Shown here: in pieces, positions 8,432-18,238 of the stretch
Layout: the number at the start of each line of letters is the position of its first letter
How positions within the stretch are numbered: the first letter of the stretch is position 1
Source of the DNA: Alphaproteobacteria bacterium
GTDB taxonomy: Bacteria > Pseudomonadota > Alphaproteobacteria > GCA-2731375
Direction of reading: 5' to 3'
NCBI GenBank assembly: GCA_965216645.1
Contig: CBDCGJ010000068.1
Location: 2,626-66,625 of the forward strand
DNA: 64,000 bases
The notes under the pieces: generated by a model
What the model saw: the letters and a program-made list of their open reading frames with translations, nothing else
Told to the model about the DNA's origin: nothing
The model's database searches: none
Translations under genes and position numbers: made by a program

Positions 8432-9859
8432 TTAGCCAACCCCAGTTTCTTCAATGATCCAAGTATCCTTGGTTCCGCCGCCTTGCGAGGAGTTCACCAC
8501 CAGCGATCCTTGGGGCAGCGCCACGCGCGTCAACCCGCCTTTCACGATGCGGATATCCTTTCCCTGCAAAACAAACGGACGCAGATCCACATGTCGCGGC
8601 GCGACGCCACTGTCGACGAAGGTGGGGCAAGTGCTGAGCGCCAGGGTCGGCTGAGCGATATATGCGTCCGGTTTGGCTGAGACGACGGCGCGGAACTTTT
8701 CGAGTTCGGACTTACTCGCCGACGGTCCGATCAACATGCCGTATCCGCCGGAACCGTGCACCTCCTTGACCACAAGTTCAGGTAAATGTTCCAGAACATA
8801 AGCAAGGTCGTCTGCCTCACCGCACCGCCAAGTCGGGACGTTGTTCAACACCGCCTCCTCGCCGAGATAAAAACGGATCATGTCAGGTACATAGGTGTAG
8901 ACCGCCTTGTCATCCGCGACACCGACCCCGACGGCGTTGGCAACGGTCACGTTGCCGGCCCGATAGACATGCATGATGCCCGGTACGCCTAGAACGGAAT
9001 CCGGATTGAACATCAACGGATCGAGAAAATCGTCGTCGATCCGCCGGTAAATAACATCGACCCGCATCGGCCCCTGCGTCGTCCGCATGTAAACATGATC
9101 GTCGCGAACAAACAGGTCCTGACCCTCGACCAGTTCGATACCCATCTTATCGGCAAGAAAGCTGTGTTCGTAGTAAGCGCTGTTGAATCGGCCCGGCGTC
9201 AACAGTGCGACCGTCGGCTCGCCCGGACAATTGGGCGGTGCGACATCGCATAAGGTTTCCAGCAAGGCGTCCGGGTAGCTGTCCACCGGCGCAATCTGAT
9301 AGCGCGAAAACAGATCGGGAAAGAGCCGCATCATCACTTCCCGATTTTCCAACATATAAGACACGCCCGAGGGTGTCCGCACATTGTCCTCCAATACGTA
9401 AAACTCGTCCGACGACACACGCACCAGGTCGATACCGCTGATATGGTTGTAAACACCGCCGGGCACCTGCAGACCATGCATGCCGGCGAGATAAGCGTCG
9501 TTGCCATGAATGAGTGCGGCAGGAACTATCCCCGCCTTGACGATGTCCTGCGGACCGTAAATATCCTGAAGAAACGCATTCAGTGCCGAAGCTCGCTGCC
9601 TCAAGCCGCGATCGACGAATTCCCACTCCGTCGCGGTCAAGACCCGAGGAACGATGTCGAAGGGGATCAGGCGCTCCGGATCGCCGCCCTCGCCATATAC
9701 CGCGAAGGTTATCCCGGTGCGACGGAACAGGATTTCGGCCTCTTTTCGCTTGGCGTCGAAATGGTCGGACGGTGTCCATTTCAACCAATCGGCAAGCCCC
9801 GCATAGGCCGGCCTGGATCCACCGCTATCCGTTTTCATTTCGTCGAAGGTCACCGCCAT
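8432..9859 (-). CDS. Circularly permuted type 2 ATP-grasp protein
   Basis: ERLIPFDIVPR, LEDNVRTPSGVSY, IYRRIDDDFLDP, GSGGYG, VVNSSQGGGTKDTW. Confidence 0.92.
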   Translation of the reverse strand: MAVTFDEMKTDSGGSRPAYAGLADWLKWTPSDHFDAKRKEAEILFRRTGITFAVYGEGGDPERLIPFDIVPRVLTATEWEFVDRGLRQRASALNAFLQDIYGPQDIVKAGIVPAALIHGNDAYLAGMHGLQVPGGVYNHISGIDLVRVSSDEFYVLEDNVRTPSGVSYMLENREVMMRLFPDLFSRYQIAPVDSYPDALLETLCDVAPPNCPGEPTVALLTPGRFNSAYYEHSFLADKMGIELVEGQDLFVRDDHVYMRTTQGPMRVDVIYRRIDDDFLDPLMFNPDSVLGVPGIMHVYRAGNVTVANAVGVGVADDKAVYTYVPDMIRFYLGEEAVLNNVPTWRCGEADDLAYVLEHLPELVVKEVHGSGGYGMLIGPSASKSELEKFRAVVSAKPDAYIAQPTLALSTCPTFVDSGVAPRHVDLRPFVLQGKDIRIVKGGLTRVALPQGSLVVNSSQGGGTKDTWIIEETGVG

Positions 9860-10004
9860 TCCCGTATTTCCGTCTTATCTCCGCCGCCCCCCTGTTTGCT
9901 AACATTTGAGCCGCCGGTGGCGCCAGTCCGATTTCGACTCCGACGGGTCTTGACCGATGGGTAATGGGATGGTCATGTCCGGCAAACTAATCGAAGGAAC
10001 AAGC

Positions 10005-10751
10005 ATGTCTGGAATACTTCTCGTGACCGGTGGAAGCCGAGGGATCGGCGCCGCCTGCGCGCGGCTGGCCGGTCGCCGCGGCTATGACATCTGCGTAAAC
10101 TACACCAGCAATGAGGAGCAGGCGGAGGCGGTTGCCGCCGATATCCGCGCGGCTGGGCAGCGGGCCATAACCGTCAAAGCCGACGTTGCCAGGGAAACGG
10201 AGATCGTCCGTCTTTTCGAAACGATGGACCGCGAGCTCGGCACGCTGACCGCACTTGTGAACAACGCCGGGATTGTCGGCCCCAACGGACCGATCAGCAA
10301 GCTTAACGAAGAATGGTTGACCCGACTGTTTTCGATCAATATCACCGGCATGCTGCTCTGCGCTCGCGAAGCCGTGGCACGGATGTCGACGGAACAAGGC
10401 GGCAGCGGCGGCGCCATCGTCAATATGAGCTCCGCCGCCACACGGCTTGGCGGCGGCGGACAGTTTATCGACTACGCGGCATCCAAAGGGGCGATCGACG
10501 TCTTCAATCACGGCCTGGCGCAGGAGGTTGCCGGGCAGGGAATACGGGTCAATGCCATTCGGCCGGGGCTGATCGATACGGAGATCCATGCCAGCATGGG
10601 CAATGCCAACCGGGTCCACGAACTAGGACCAAGCGTCCCCATGGGGCGGTCAGGATCGGCGGAAGAAGTCGCGGAAGCGGTAATCTGGTTGCTGTCCCCG
10701 GAAGCGGGATACGTCACCGATAGTATCATCGACGTCGCGGGTGGCCGCTAA
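10005..10751 (+). CDS. Short-chain dehydrogenase/reductase
   Basis: TGGSRGIG, NNAG, YAASK; AAGGA upstream of ATG 10005. Confidence 0.9.
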   Translation: MSGILLVTGGSRGIGAACARLAGRRGYDICVNYTSNEEQAEAVAADIRAAGQRAITVKADVARETEIVRLFETMDRELGTLTALVNNAGIVGPNGPISKLNEEWLTRLFSINITGMLLCAREAVARMSTEQGGSGGAIVNMSSAATRLGGGGQFIDYAASKGAIDVFNHGLAQEVAGQGIRVNAIRPGLIDTEIHASMGNANRVHELGPSVPMGRSGSAEEVAEAVIWLLSPEAGYVTDSIIDVAGGR

Positions 10752-11522
10752 ATGAGTATGAGCGATCGGGATCTGGCGCAGGCTATTCGCGGATATGCCA
10801 TGGCGGCGGGCAAGGTCATCATGGCGATCTACGAGACTGACTTCGAAGTCCGCGGCAAGGAAGATCAATCGCCGGTTACTGAAGCGGATGAAAAAGCCGA
10901 GGCTGTCATCGTCGCCGGCCTTAAGCAACTCACGCCGGACATACCCATTGTTGCGGAGGAAAGTGTCGCCGCGGGCGATGTCCCGGAAGTTAATGATCAA
11001 TTTTGGTTGGTCGACCCCCTGGACGGCACGAAGGAATTCATCAGCCGCAATGGCGAATTCACAGTTAATATCGCATTGATCCGAAACGGCGCACCGGCAC
11101 TCGGCGTCGTTTACGCTCCGGCTAAAGGCTGGCTGTTTACCGCCGCCGGGGCCGGCGACGTGACACTGGAGGAGGATGGACAAACGCCCCGGCCCGTTGC
11201 GACGCGGCGACCCGACGACGACGGTATGGTCGCCATGGTTAGCCGGTCCCACAAAAGCCCGGAGACCGACGAATTTCTGGCGCAACATCGCGTGAAGGCG
11301 ACCAAGGACGCGGGGAGTAGCTTGAAATTTTGCGTTCTGGCCCGTGGCGATGCCGATCTCTATCCCCGTCTCGGCCGAACGATGGAATGGGACATCGCGG
11401 CGGGACATGCGGTGCTGGCTTGTGCCGGCGGCGATGTCACCGAGCTAAATGGTAAGCCTATGCGCTATGGCAAACCGGGCTTCGAAAATCCCCACTTCGT
11501 TGCCAAGGGTTGGCATGACTAG
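10752..11522 (+). CDS. cysQ: 3'(2'),5'-bisphosphate nucleotidase
   Basis: SPVTEAD, DPLDGTKEF, GSSLK, EWDIAAGHA. Confidence 0.92.
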   Translation: MSMSDRDLAQAIRGYAMAAGKVIMAIYETDFEVRGKEDQSPVTEADEKAEAVIVAGLKQLTPDIPIVAEESVAAGDVPEVNDQFWLVDPLDGTKEFISRNGEFTVNIALIRNGAPALGVVYAPAKGWLFTAAGAGDVTLEEDGQTPRPVATRRPDDDGMVAMVSRSHKSPETDEFLAQHRVKATKDAGSSLKFCVLARGDADLYPRLGRTMEWDIAAGHAVLACAGGDVTELNGKPMRYGKPGFENPHFVAKGWHD

Positions 11523-11958
11523 AAGGCTCGCCATTTTGCTGATGTTGTTTGCCACCCATACTGGCTGCGTCAAGGCGGGACCGGCGCGGGAGACTGCAAA
11601 CGTTATCGACGCACAGCAGTTGGAACTGGCTGGCAAACGATGGCGACTACCGCACATCCACACACCGCGTCCGGGCGATGTCTGCGCGTTCAAGGATCGG
11701 CAAATCGATTGCGGTTTGATCGCCAAAACCGCGCTGCAGGATTTGACGGCCGGCGCGGTCGTGGTCTGCGACACAAGCGACGGCCTCTGCCGTGCCGGCG
11801 GCTATGATCTTAGCGAAGGCATGATCTATACCGGCTGGGCGCGGGCCGCCAAAGATGCGCCAGCTAAATACAAAAAGTTGGAGAAGGACGCGAAAGCGCG
11901 CCGGCGCGGCCTCTGGCAAGGCGCTTTCCCAGCTTCGGTGAACGACAAGGTCGACTGA
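11515..11958 (+). CDS. Thermonuclease (SNase-like) family exported protein
   Basis: Signal-like N-terminus, DCG, GWA...Y..LEKDAKARRRGLWQG tail; the catalytic DGDT motif is degenerate. Confidence 0.7.
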   Translation: MTRRLAILLMLFATHTGCVKAGPARETANVIDAQQLELAGKRWRLPHIHTPRPGDVCAFKDRQIDCGLIAKTALQDLTAGAVVVCDTSDGLCRAGGYDLSEGMIYTGWARAAKDAPAKYKKLEKDAKARRRGLWQGAFPASVNDKVD

Positions 11959-11960
11959 CG

Positions 11961-12812
11961 ATGACCGAGTGGTACAAAGAGGAATACACTAAGCACTGGG
12001 CACAAACCTTCGAAGTCGACCGGTGGATATATCGCGGACAGACCGCATTTCAGAAAGTCGAAATCTTCGAAAACGAAATGGTCGGGCGCGTCCTTGTTTT
12101 GGACGGCATAATTCAAAGCGCGGAAGTCGACGAGTTTGTCTATCACGAGATGCTCGCCCATGTTCCGATTCTCGCACATGGCGCTGTGAGGAAGGTTCTC
12201 ATCATCGGCGGCGGCGACGGCAGCATGCTGCGGCATGCGCTGATGCACCCGGATATCGAAGTTACAATGGTCGACATTGATCCAGAGGTGGTGGCCCTCT
12301 GCCGCGAACATCTCCCGAACCACAATGCCGGCGCATTCGACCATCCTCGCGGCCGATATATTGCCGGCGACGGCTGCGCCTTCGTCCGCGACACCGAAGA
12401 CCGCTTCGACGTCATCATCATTGATTCTACAGACCCTCTCGGCGGGCCGGGCGATATCTTGTTTAGCGAAGGATTCTATCGCGATTGTAAGGGCTGCATG
12501 ACCGAAGGCGGCATTCTGACGATGCAATCGGGTGTCCCGGCCTTCGAGAAACCACGTATTCGGACCTTAAAACGGAATCTTGGCGGCGTGTTCGACGATT
12601 TCACCGTCTATTTGGCGCCGGTGCCCACCTATTATGGCGGCTTTATGGCTTTCGGCTGGGGCAGCGATCAGGCGGCGCATCGTCAAGTCGAGGAAGCTGA
12701 CTTGCGCCGACGTCTGGAAGCGGCGAATATCGACTGCAGTTACTACACGCCGACAATTCATAAAGCGAGCTTCGCCCATCCGAAGTTCCTGGAAGATTTA
12801 TTGACCAATTAG
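11961..12812 (+). CDS. speE: Spermidine synthase / polyamine aminopropyltransferase
   Basis: LDG, DEFVYHEM, VLIIGGGDG, DSTDP. Confidence 0.92.
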   Translation: MTEWYKEEYTKHWAQTFEVDRWIYRGQTAFQKVEIFENEMVGRVLVLDGIIQSAEVDEFVYHEMLAHVPILAHGAVRKVLIIGGGDGSMLRHALMHPDIEVTMVDIDPEVVALCREHLPNHNAGAFDHPRGRYIAGDGCAFVRDTEDRFDVIIIDSTDPLGGPGDILFSEGFYRDCKGCMTEGGILTMQSGVPAFEKPRIRTLKRNLGGVFDDFTVYLAPVPTYYGGFMAFGWGSDQAAHRQVEEADLRRRLEAANIDCSYYTPTIHKASFAHPKFLEDLLTN

Positions 12813-12820
12813 AGGGCATT

Positions 12821-14398
12821 ATGGCGGAAGCTCGAAATTTTCTGTTCATCATGTGCGATCAGCTGCGCTTCGACTATCTCAGTTGTTACGGCCATCCGCA
12901 TCTCGAGACACCGCATATCGACGCCTTGGCGGCGCGCGGCGTTCTGTTCACTACCGCCTACTGCCAGTCGCCGGTATGCGGCGCGTCCCGCATGTCTGCC
13001 TATACCGGCCGATACATGGTCAGTCACGGCGCCACTTGGAACAATATTCCGTTGTCGGTCAGCGAACTGACCATGGGCGATTACATGCGGTCGAAAGGCG
13101 TCCGGACCGCCCTGGTCGGTAAAACCCATCATGTCGCCGACCGGGACGGTATGAAAAGATTGGCGCTGGATCCGCTGTCGGAATTGGGCGTTTTGATCGG
13201 CCAGTGCGGCTTCGAACCTTATGAGCGCGACGACGGATTGCATCCTGATGTCGCGGTCGACCCGAACCTCGCCTACAATCGGTACTTGAAAGAGCAAGGC
13301 TACGACGGCGACAACCCTTGGCACGAATTCGCCAACTCGGCGACCGGCGACAACGGCGAGCTGCTCAGCGGTTGGCACATGCGTTACGCACATTTACCGG
13401 CACGTGTGAAAGAAGAACATTCGGAAACAGCCTACATGACGGACCGGGCGATGGCGTTTATCCGCGAAGCCGACGAAACGCCTTGGTGTCTGCATCTAAG
13501 CTATATCAAACCCCATTGGCCCTATGTCGCGCCGTCGCCTTATCACAACATGTACGGCGATAATCAAATCCTGCCCGTGGTGAAATCTGAAGCGGAGCGC
13601 GAAAACCCGCACCCCGTCGTCGATGCGTTCATGCAGCATGAGGACAGCCGTAACTTCGCCGACGACGAGAAGCGCCGTCATGTGATCCCTGCCTATATGG
13701 GTCTCATCAAGCAGATCGACGACCATATTGGACGCCTGATGCGGTTTCTCGAGGAGGCGGGGCGGCTGGATGACACAATGATCGTCTTCACCAGCGATCA
13801 CGGGGATTATCTGGGCGATCATTGGTTGGGCGAGAAGGATTTGTTCCACGAACCGTCGTCGCGCATCCCGCTCATTCTATATGATCCGGACCCGACCGCC
13901 GACGGCACACGCGGCCGGCACGACGATAGGTTTGTCGAACTCATCGACGTATTGCCGACTTTCACCGATTGTCTGGGGATCGAGGATCAGCAGCATCGAT
14001 TGGAGGGCCGTTCCTTGCTGTCCTTAACGCGAGATGGTGGGGATGACGTGCCCTGGCGGGACGCCGCCTTCAGCGAGGCCGAGTACGCGATCCGCGGCGC
14101 CCGATTGACCCTGGATTTAGAACCCCATGAATGCCGGGCATTTATGGTCCGAACGGCGGATTGGAAATACATCCACTACGAAACATACCGGCCGCAACTC
14201 TTCGATATGAAGAATGACCCGGAAGAGTTCCACGATCTGGGCGAAAGTCCAAGTCATGCCGCCATCCGCGCCGATCTGCACGAACGCCTGTTCCAATGGC
14301 TTCGCACCCGACCCATTCGCGGGACCATGAGCGAGACGGAAATCGCCAAACGTACCGGCAGCGAAAAAAAACGCGGCTTCTATATCGGCGTCTGGTAA
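12821..14398 (+). CDS. Sulfatase-family hydrolase (phosphonate monoester hydrolase-like)
   Basis: DQLR, CGASR formylglycine motif variant, GKTH, KPHWP, SDHG. Confidence 0.85.
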   Translation: MAEARNFLFIMCDQLRFDYLSCYGHPHLETPHIDALAARGVLFTTAYCQSPVCGASRMSAYTGRYMVSHGATWNNIPLSVSELTMGDYMRSKGVRTALVGKTHHVADRDGMKRLALDPLSELGVLIGQCGFEPYERDDGLHPDVAVDPNLAYNRYLKEQGYDGDNPWHEFANSATGDNGELLSGWHMRYAHLPARVKEEHSETAYMTDRAMAFIREADETPWCLHLSYIKPHWPYVAPSPYHNMYGDNQILPVVKSEAERENPHPVVDAFMQHEDSRNFADDEKRRHVIPAYMGLIKQIDDHIGRLMRFLEEAGRLDDTMIVFTSDHGDYLGDHWLGEKDLFHEPSSRIPLILYDPDPTADGTRGRHDDRFVELIDVLPTFTDCLGIEDQQHRLEGRSLLSLTRDGGDDVPWRDAAFSEAEYAIRGARLTLDLEPHECRAFMVRTADWKYIHYETYRPQLFDMKNDPEEFHDLGESPSHAAIRADLHERLFQWLRTRPIRGTMSETEIAKRTGSEKKRGFYIGVW

Positions 14399-14403
14399 GC
14401 GGA

Positions 14404-15249
14404 TTAGATCGTCGCAACCGCTTCCTGCGCAATCTGACCGTCGACACGAAGCGCGCGAAGTGTCAACTTGCCGTCGCTCTCCGTGTTCCCGACAACTCTG
14501 AACGGATTGATGTCGAAGATTGGGGCCAATGCCCGATATCTGAAACTCTTCAACGTCGGTTGGTCGTGGAGACGCGCCAATTCGGACATATATGTCGCGA
14601 TCAGCGGTCCCTGCACCAGCAATCCAGGATATTCCTCGACCTCGGTCGTGTAGGGTCGATCATAGTGAATGCGATGTCCGTTGAACGTCAGCGCGGAATA
14701 CCGCATCAGCAGGACCGGATCCGGCGTAATCTCGCGCATCCAGGCGCCGGGCGGGACTGCAGGCCAATCGTCCAACGGCTCCGGGGCTGGATTGGGGGCA
14801 CCCATCTCCCGATAGGCGTAACTCTGCGTTTCTTCAATGCAGTGGCGATCATTATCGTAGAAATCGAACCTGACGGTGACAAAAACCAACTGGCCCGACT
14901 TGCCGTGCTTCTCCTGTACGTCGACGACTTCAGATACCCGCCGCACCGTCGAACCAATCCGCAACGGCGTATGGAATTCTAACGTGCCATTGGCAAACAT
15001 GCGTCGTGGAAGCGCTACCGGCGGCAGGAAGCCGCCACGCTTGGGATGGCCGTCCGGTCCGACTTCCCGCATCGGCGCACAGGGCGTGAAATAGCAGTAA
15101 TGCCACATGGGTGGCAGTGGGTCGCCCACGTCAAATTCGGTATCGACATCGTCCAGCGTCGCCGCCATTTGCCGGCAGACACTCAATGTGACGACATCCT
15201 CGACCTCTTCCCGCGAGCCGATCCAATCCCGATAATCCACGTCCGCCAT
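14404..15249 (-). CDS. Double hot-dog (MaoC-type) hydratase, mesaconyl-C4-CoA/itaconyl-CoA hydratase-like
   Basis: DGHPKRGGFLPP, LPRRMFA, YSALTFNGHRIHYD, YPGLLVQGPL; start MADVDY after GAGGAG. Confidence 0.82.
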   Translation of the reverse strand: MADVDYRDWIGSREEVEDVVTLSVCRQMAATLDDVDTEFDVGDPLPPMWHYCYFTPCAPMREVGPDGHPKRGGFLPPVALPRRMFANGTLEFHTPLRIGSTVRRVSEVVDVQEKHGKSGQLVFVTVRFDFYDNDRHCIEETQSYAYREMGAPNPAPEPLDDWPAVPPGAWMREITPDPVLLMRYSALTFNGHRIHYDRPYTTEVEEYPGLLVQGPLIATYMSELARLHDQPTLKSFRYRALAPIFDINPFRVVGNTESDGKLTLRALRVDGQIAQEAVATI

Positions 15250-15251
15250 AC

Positions 15252-16478
15252 TCAGTTCTCCTCTCCCACACCGGCGACCAGACCAGTGTCGTGGTATTTT
15301 CCAATGTCCGCGCCGCTGAGGCCGAGATGATCGGCCAGGATTTCGTCGGTATGTTCGCCGAGCAAGGGCGCCGGTCGAACATCTATCCGTTCGTAAGCGC
15401 CAAAGTCCATCGGCAAGCCCGGCATCATATAGCGCCCGACGCCTGGCTGCGCCACCTCCTGAAACACCGGATTTTCCGTCGAGAAACGCCAATCGGAGGC
15501 AAGCGCCTCATTGAAAGTCCGATACGGCCCCCAAAGCACACGGCCATCATCCAACAGTTTTGCCACGTCATCGAAGTGGCGGGCCGCCACCCAGGGCTCA
15601 AGCCATGAAGAGATCTCCCGCCGGGCCCGATAGCGATCGCCTTCTTTCGTCAGGTCGAGATCGCGTTCGGTTTCCAAGGCAGCGACCATTTCCTCCAACG
15701 CCGCCGTCTTGACCAAGGCGCGCCAATGGCCTGGGGTCAGTGCCGTAATCACCACATAACGCCCGTCCCGGGTTGCGAAGTCGCGTACGTATGAACCGTA
15801 GAGATCGTTGCCGCTGCGTTGACGTGCGGCGCCATTGATCTGCGCGTCGGCCACATAGCCCAGATTGGCGGCCGTCGCGAAGGCAACATCGGAGAGTGCG
15901 ACCGACACGAACTGCCCCTCGCCCGTCCGTCCGCGGTGACGCTCGGCCGCCAGCAATCCATTGACCGCATACAGTCCGGTCGCCACATCCCAGGCCGGCA
16001 GCACATGATTGACCGGACCTTCCATGTCCGCGGGGCCGGTCACAAGCGGGAATCCGACGGCGCTGTTGACGGTATAGTCGATACCCGATCCACCGTCCCG
16101 ATCCCCCTGTACATTGACCATGATCAGATCCTCGCGCCGCGCCTTCAAGGCGTCAAAGTCGAGCCAGCCGGCGGCGGGGAAATTGGTCAGAAAAATACCG
16201 TTGTCCGGGCCCGACTGCGTGATCAAAGCGACGGCGATTTCCCGCCCTTCCGGTCGTCGAATATCGATGGCGATCGACTTCTTGCCCTTGTTCAGGCTGG
16301 TCCAATACAGGCTAGTCCCGTCTTCCGTGATCGGCCAACGGCGGTAATCCAGACCGCCGCCGATCGGGTCGAAACGGATCACTTCCGCCCCCATTTGAGC
16401 CATGGTCATACCGGCGGACGGCGCCGCGACGAATGCAGATCCTTCGACGACTCGCAAACCATCTAAAATTCTATTCAT
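15252..16478 (-). CDS. Family III CoA-transferase, mesaconyl-CoA C1-C4 isomerase (Mct)-like
   Basis: [49 protein letters not shown]. Confidence 0.8.
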   Translation of the reverse strand: MNRILDGLRVVEGSAFVAAPSAGMTMAQMGAEVIRFDPIGGGLDYRRWPITEDGTSLYWTSLNKGKKSIAIDIRRPEGREIAVALITQSGPDNGIFLTNFPAAGWLDFDALKARREDLIMVNVQGDRDGGSGIDYTVNSAVGFPLVTGPADMEGPVNHVLPAWDVATGLYAVNGLLAAERHRGRTGEGQFVSVALSDVAFATAANLGYVADAQINGAARQRSGNDLYGSYVRDFATRDGRYVVITALTPGHWRALVKTAALEEMVAALETERDLDLTKEGDRYRARREISSWLEPWVAARHFDDVAKLLDDGRVLWGPYRTFNEALASDWRFSTENPVFQEVAQPGVGRYMMPGLPMDFGAYERIDVRPAPLLGEHTDEILADHLGLSGADIGKYHDTGLVAGVGEEN

Positions 16479-16606
16479 TTTTTCACAAATCCAAGGTGAC
16501 AAGAGACATATTGGCACGCCGGTCGGCAGCAAAGAGCTGCATCGCGCGAACTGGCAGGATGTGTCAATATTTGTCGATTCGATTCGCCGAAGCGAGGATC
16601 GCCGTA

Positions 16607-18205
16607 GTGAGTGAAAAGCGTGCCATTATTATCGGCGGCGGGCCCGCCGGCCTTACCGTTGCCTTGGAACTTTTACGCCGGACGGATATCAAGCCGATTG
16701 TATTTGAAGGCGATGACGATGTCGGTGGCATCGCCCGGACCCATGAATACAAGGGCAACCGCATCGATATCGGCGGCCATCGTTTTTTCTCCAAGTCCGA
16801 TCGGGTGATGCAGTGGTGGGACGACATCCTGCCGCTTCAGGGTGCCTACAATGTCGAGGGCGTTGGCGCCGCCAACAAGATCGAGATCACCTATCAGAAC
16901 AAGAAGCGTTGGCTGGACATGCCCGCCGACGGACCCAACCCGGACGTCGTCGACGACGTCATGCTGGTGCGCGCGCGGACATCCCGAATTCTCTTTCGCG
17001 GCAAGATGTTCGACTACCCGATCTCGCTAAGCCTTGGGACGCTGGCAAAGCTAGGCCCCATCGCGACGATGAAAATCGGTTTCAGTTACATCTACGCCAA
17101 CATGTTTCAGATCAAGCCCGAAGTAAGTCTGCGCGACTTCTTCATCAACCGCTTCGGTCGTGAGCTGTATCTGACCTTCTTCAAGGACTATACGGAAAAG
17201 GTTTGGGGCGTGCCTTGCGAAGAGATCTCAGCCGAATGGGGCGCGCAGCGGATTAAGGGTCTGTCGCTGCTCGGCGCGATTGTCCATGCCGTAAAAAGCA
17301 TCTTTAAAGCGACGAGTTCTATTGCACAGAAAGATACGGAAACCAGTTTGATCGAACAGTTTCTTTATCCCAAATTCGGGCCTGGCCATATGTGGCGCAA
17401 AGTGGTCGAATTAATCGAGGAAGCCGGCGGCGAAGTGCGGATGAACCACAAGGTCACCGGACTGTCGCACACCGACGGCCGCGTGAGTTCCGCCACAATC
17501 GTCGGTCCGGATGGCAACGAAAGTCAGGAAACCGGCGACTATTTTTTCTCGACGACGGATATGCGGGCTTTGCTAGCCGGTCTGTCTCCAACAGCTCCGT
17601 CTGAGATTCGCGAGATATCGGATAACTTGATCTATCGGGATTTTATCACCGTTGGAATTCTGACCAAGCGGTTGCTGCTTGGCGGCGGTGCGACCGGTGC
17701 CGATGTGGCCGAAAAAGTCCCGGACAACTGGATCTATATTCAAGAACCCGACGTGAAGCTGGGCCGTCTCCAGATTTTCAATAATTGGAGCCCCTATCTG
17801 GTCGCGGATAGAGAGAACGTGTGGCTAGGGCTGGAATACTTTTGTGACGAAGGCGATGAGCTTTGGTCCATGGACGATGCCGCATTCGCGGAATTCGCCA
17901 AGCGGGAATTGGAACAGATCAATATTTCCAAAGTCGACGACATCGTCGATCATGTGGTGATCCGCGTGCCCAAGACTTACCCAGCCTATTTCGGCGCTTA
18001 CGATCATTTCGACCGGGTTCGCGACTATATCGACGATTTCGAAAACCTATATCTAATCGGACGCAACGGCATGCACCGCTACAACAATCAGGATCACTCC
18101 ATGCTTACCGCCATGGTCGCCGTCGACAATATTGCCGCCGGTATCGCCGACAAAGACAACATCTGGTCCGTCAATACCGAATCCGAATATCACGAGGAAA
18201 AGTAG
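16607..18205 (+). CDS. NAD(P)/FAD-dependent oxidoreductase of the type found in glycosylation loci
   Basis: GGGPAG Rossmann motif, [33 protein letters not shown]; probable GTG start. Confidence 0.85.
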   Translation: MSEKRAIIIGGGPAGLTVALELLRRTDIKPIVFEGDDDVGGIARTHEYKGNRIDIGGHRFFSKSDRVMQWWDDILPLQGAYNVEGVGAANKIEITYQNKKRWLDMPADGPNPDVVDDVMLVRARTSRILFRGKMFDYPISLSLGTLAKLGPIATMKIGFSYIYANMFQIKPEVSLRDFFINRFGRELYLTFFKDYTEKVWGVPCEEISAEWGAQRIKGLSLLGAIVHAVKSIFKATSSIAQKDTETSLIEQFLYPKFGPGHMWRKVVELIEEAGGEVRMNHKVTGLSHTDGRVSSATIVGPDGNESQETGDYFFSTTDMRALLAGLSPTAPSEIREISDNLIYRDFITVGILTKRLLLGGGATGADVAEKVPDNWIYIQEPDVKLGRLQIFNNWSPYLVADRENVWLGLEYFCDEGDELWSMDDAAFAEFAKRELEQINISKVDDIVDHVVIRVPKTYPAYFGAYDHFDRVRDYIDDFENLYLIGRNGMHRYNNQDHSMLTAMVAVDNIAAGIADKDNIWSVNTESEYHEEK

Positions 18206-18238
18206 CCGGACGCCTGGTAACGTCAGGGCCCAGAGCCA

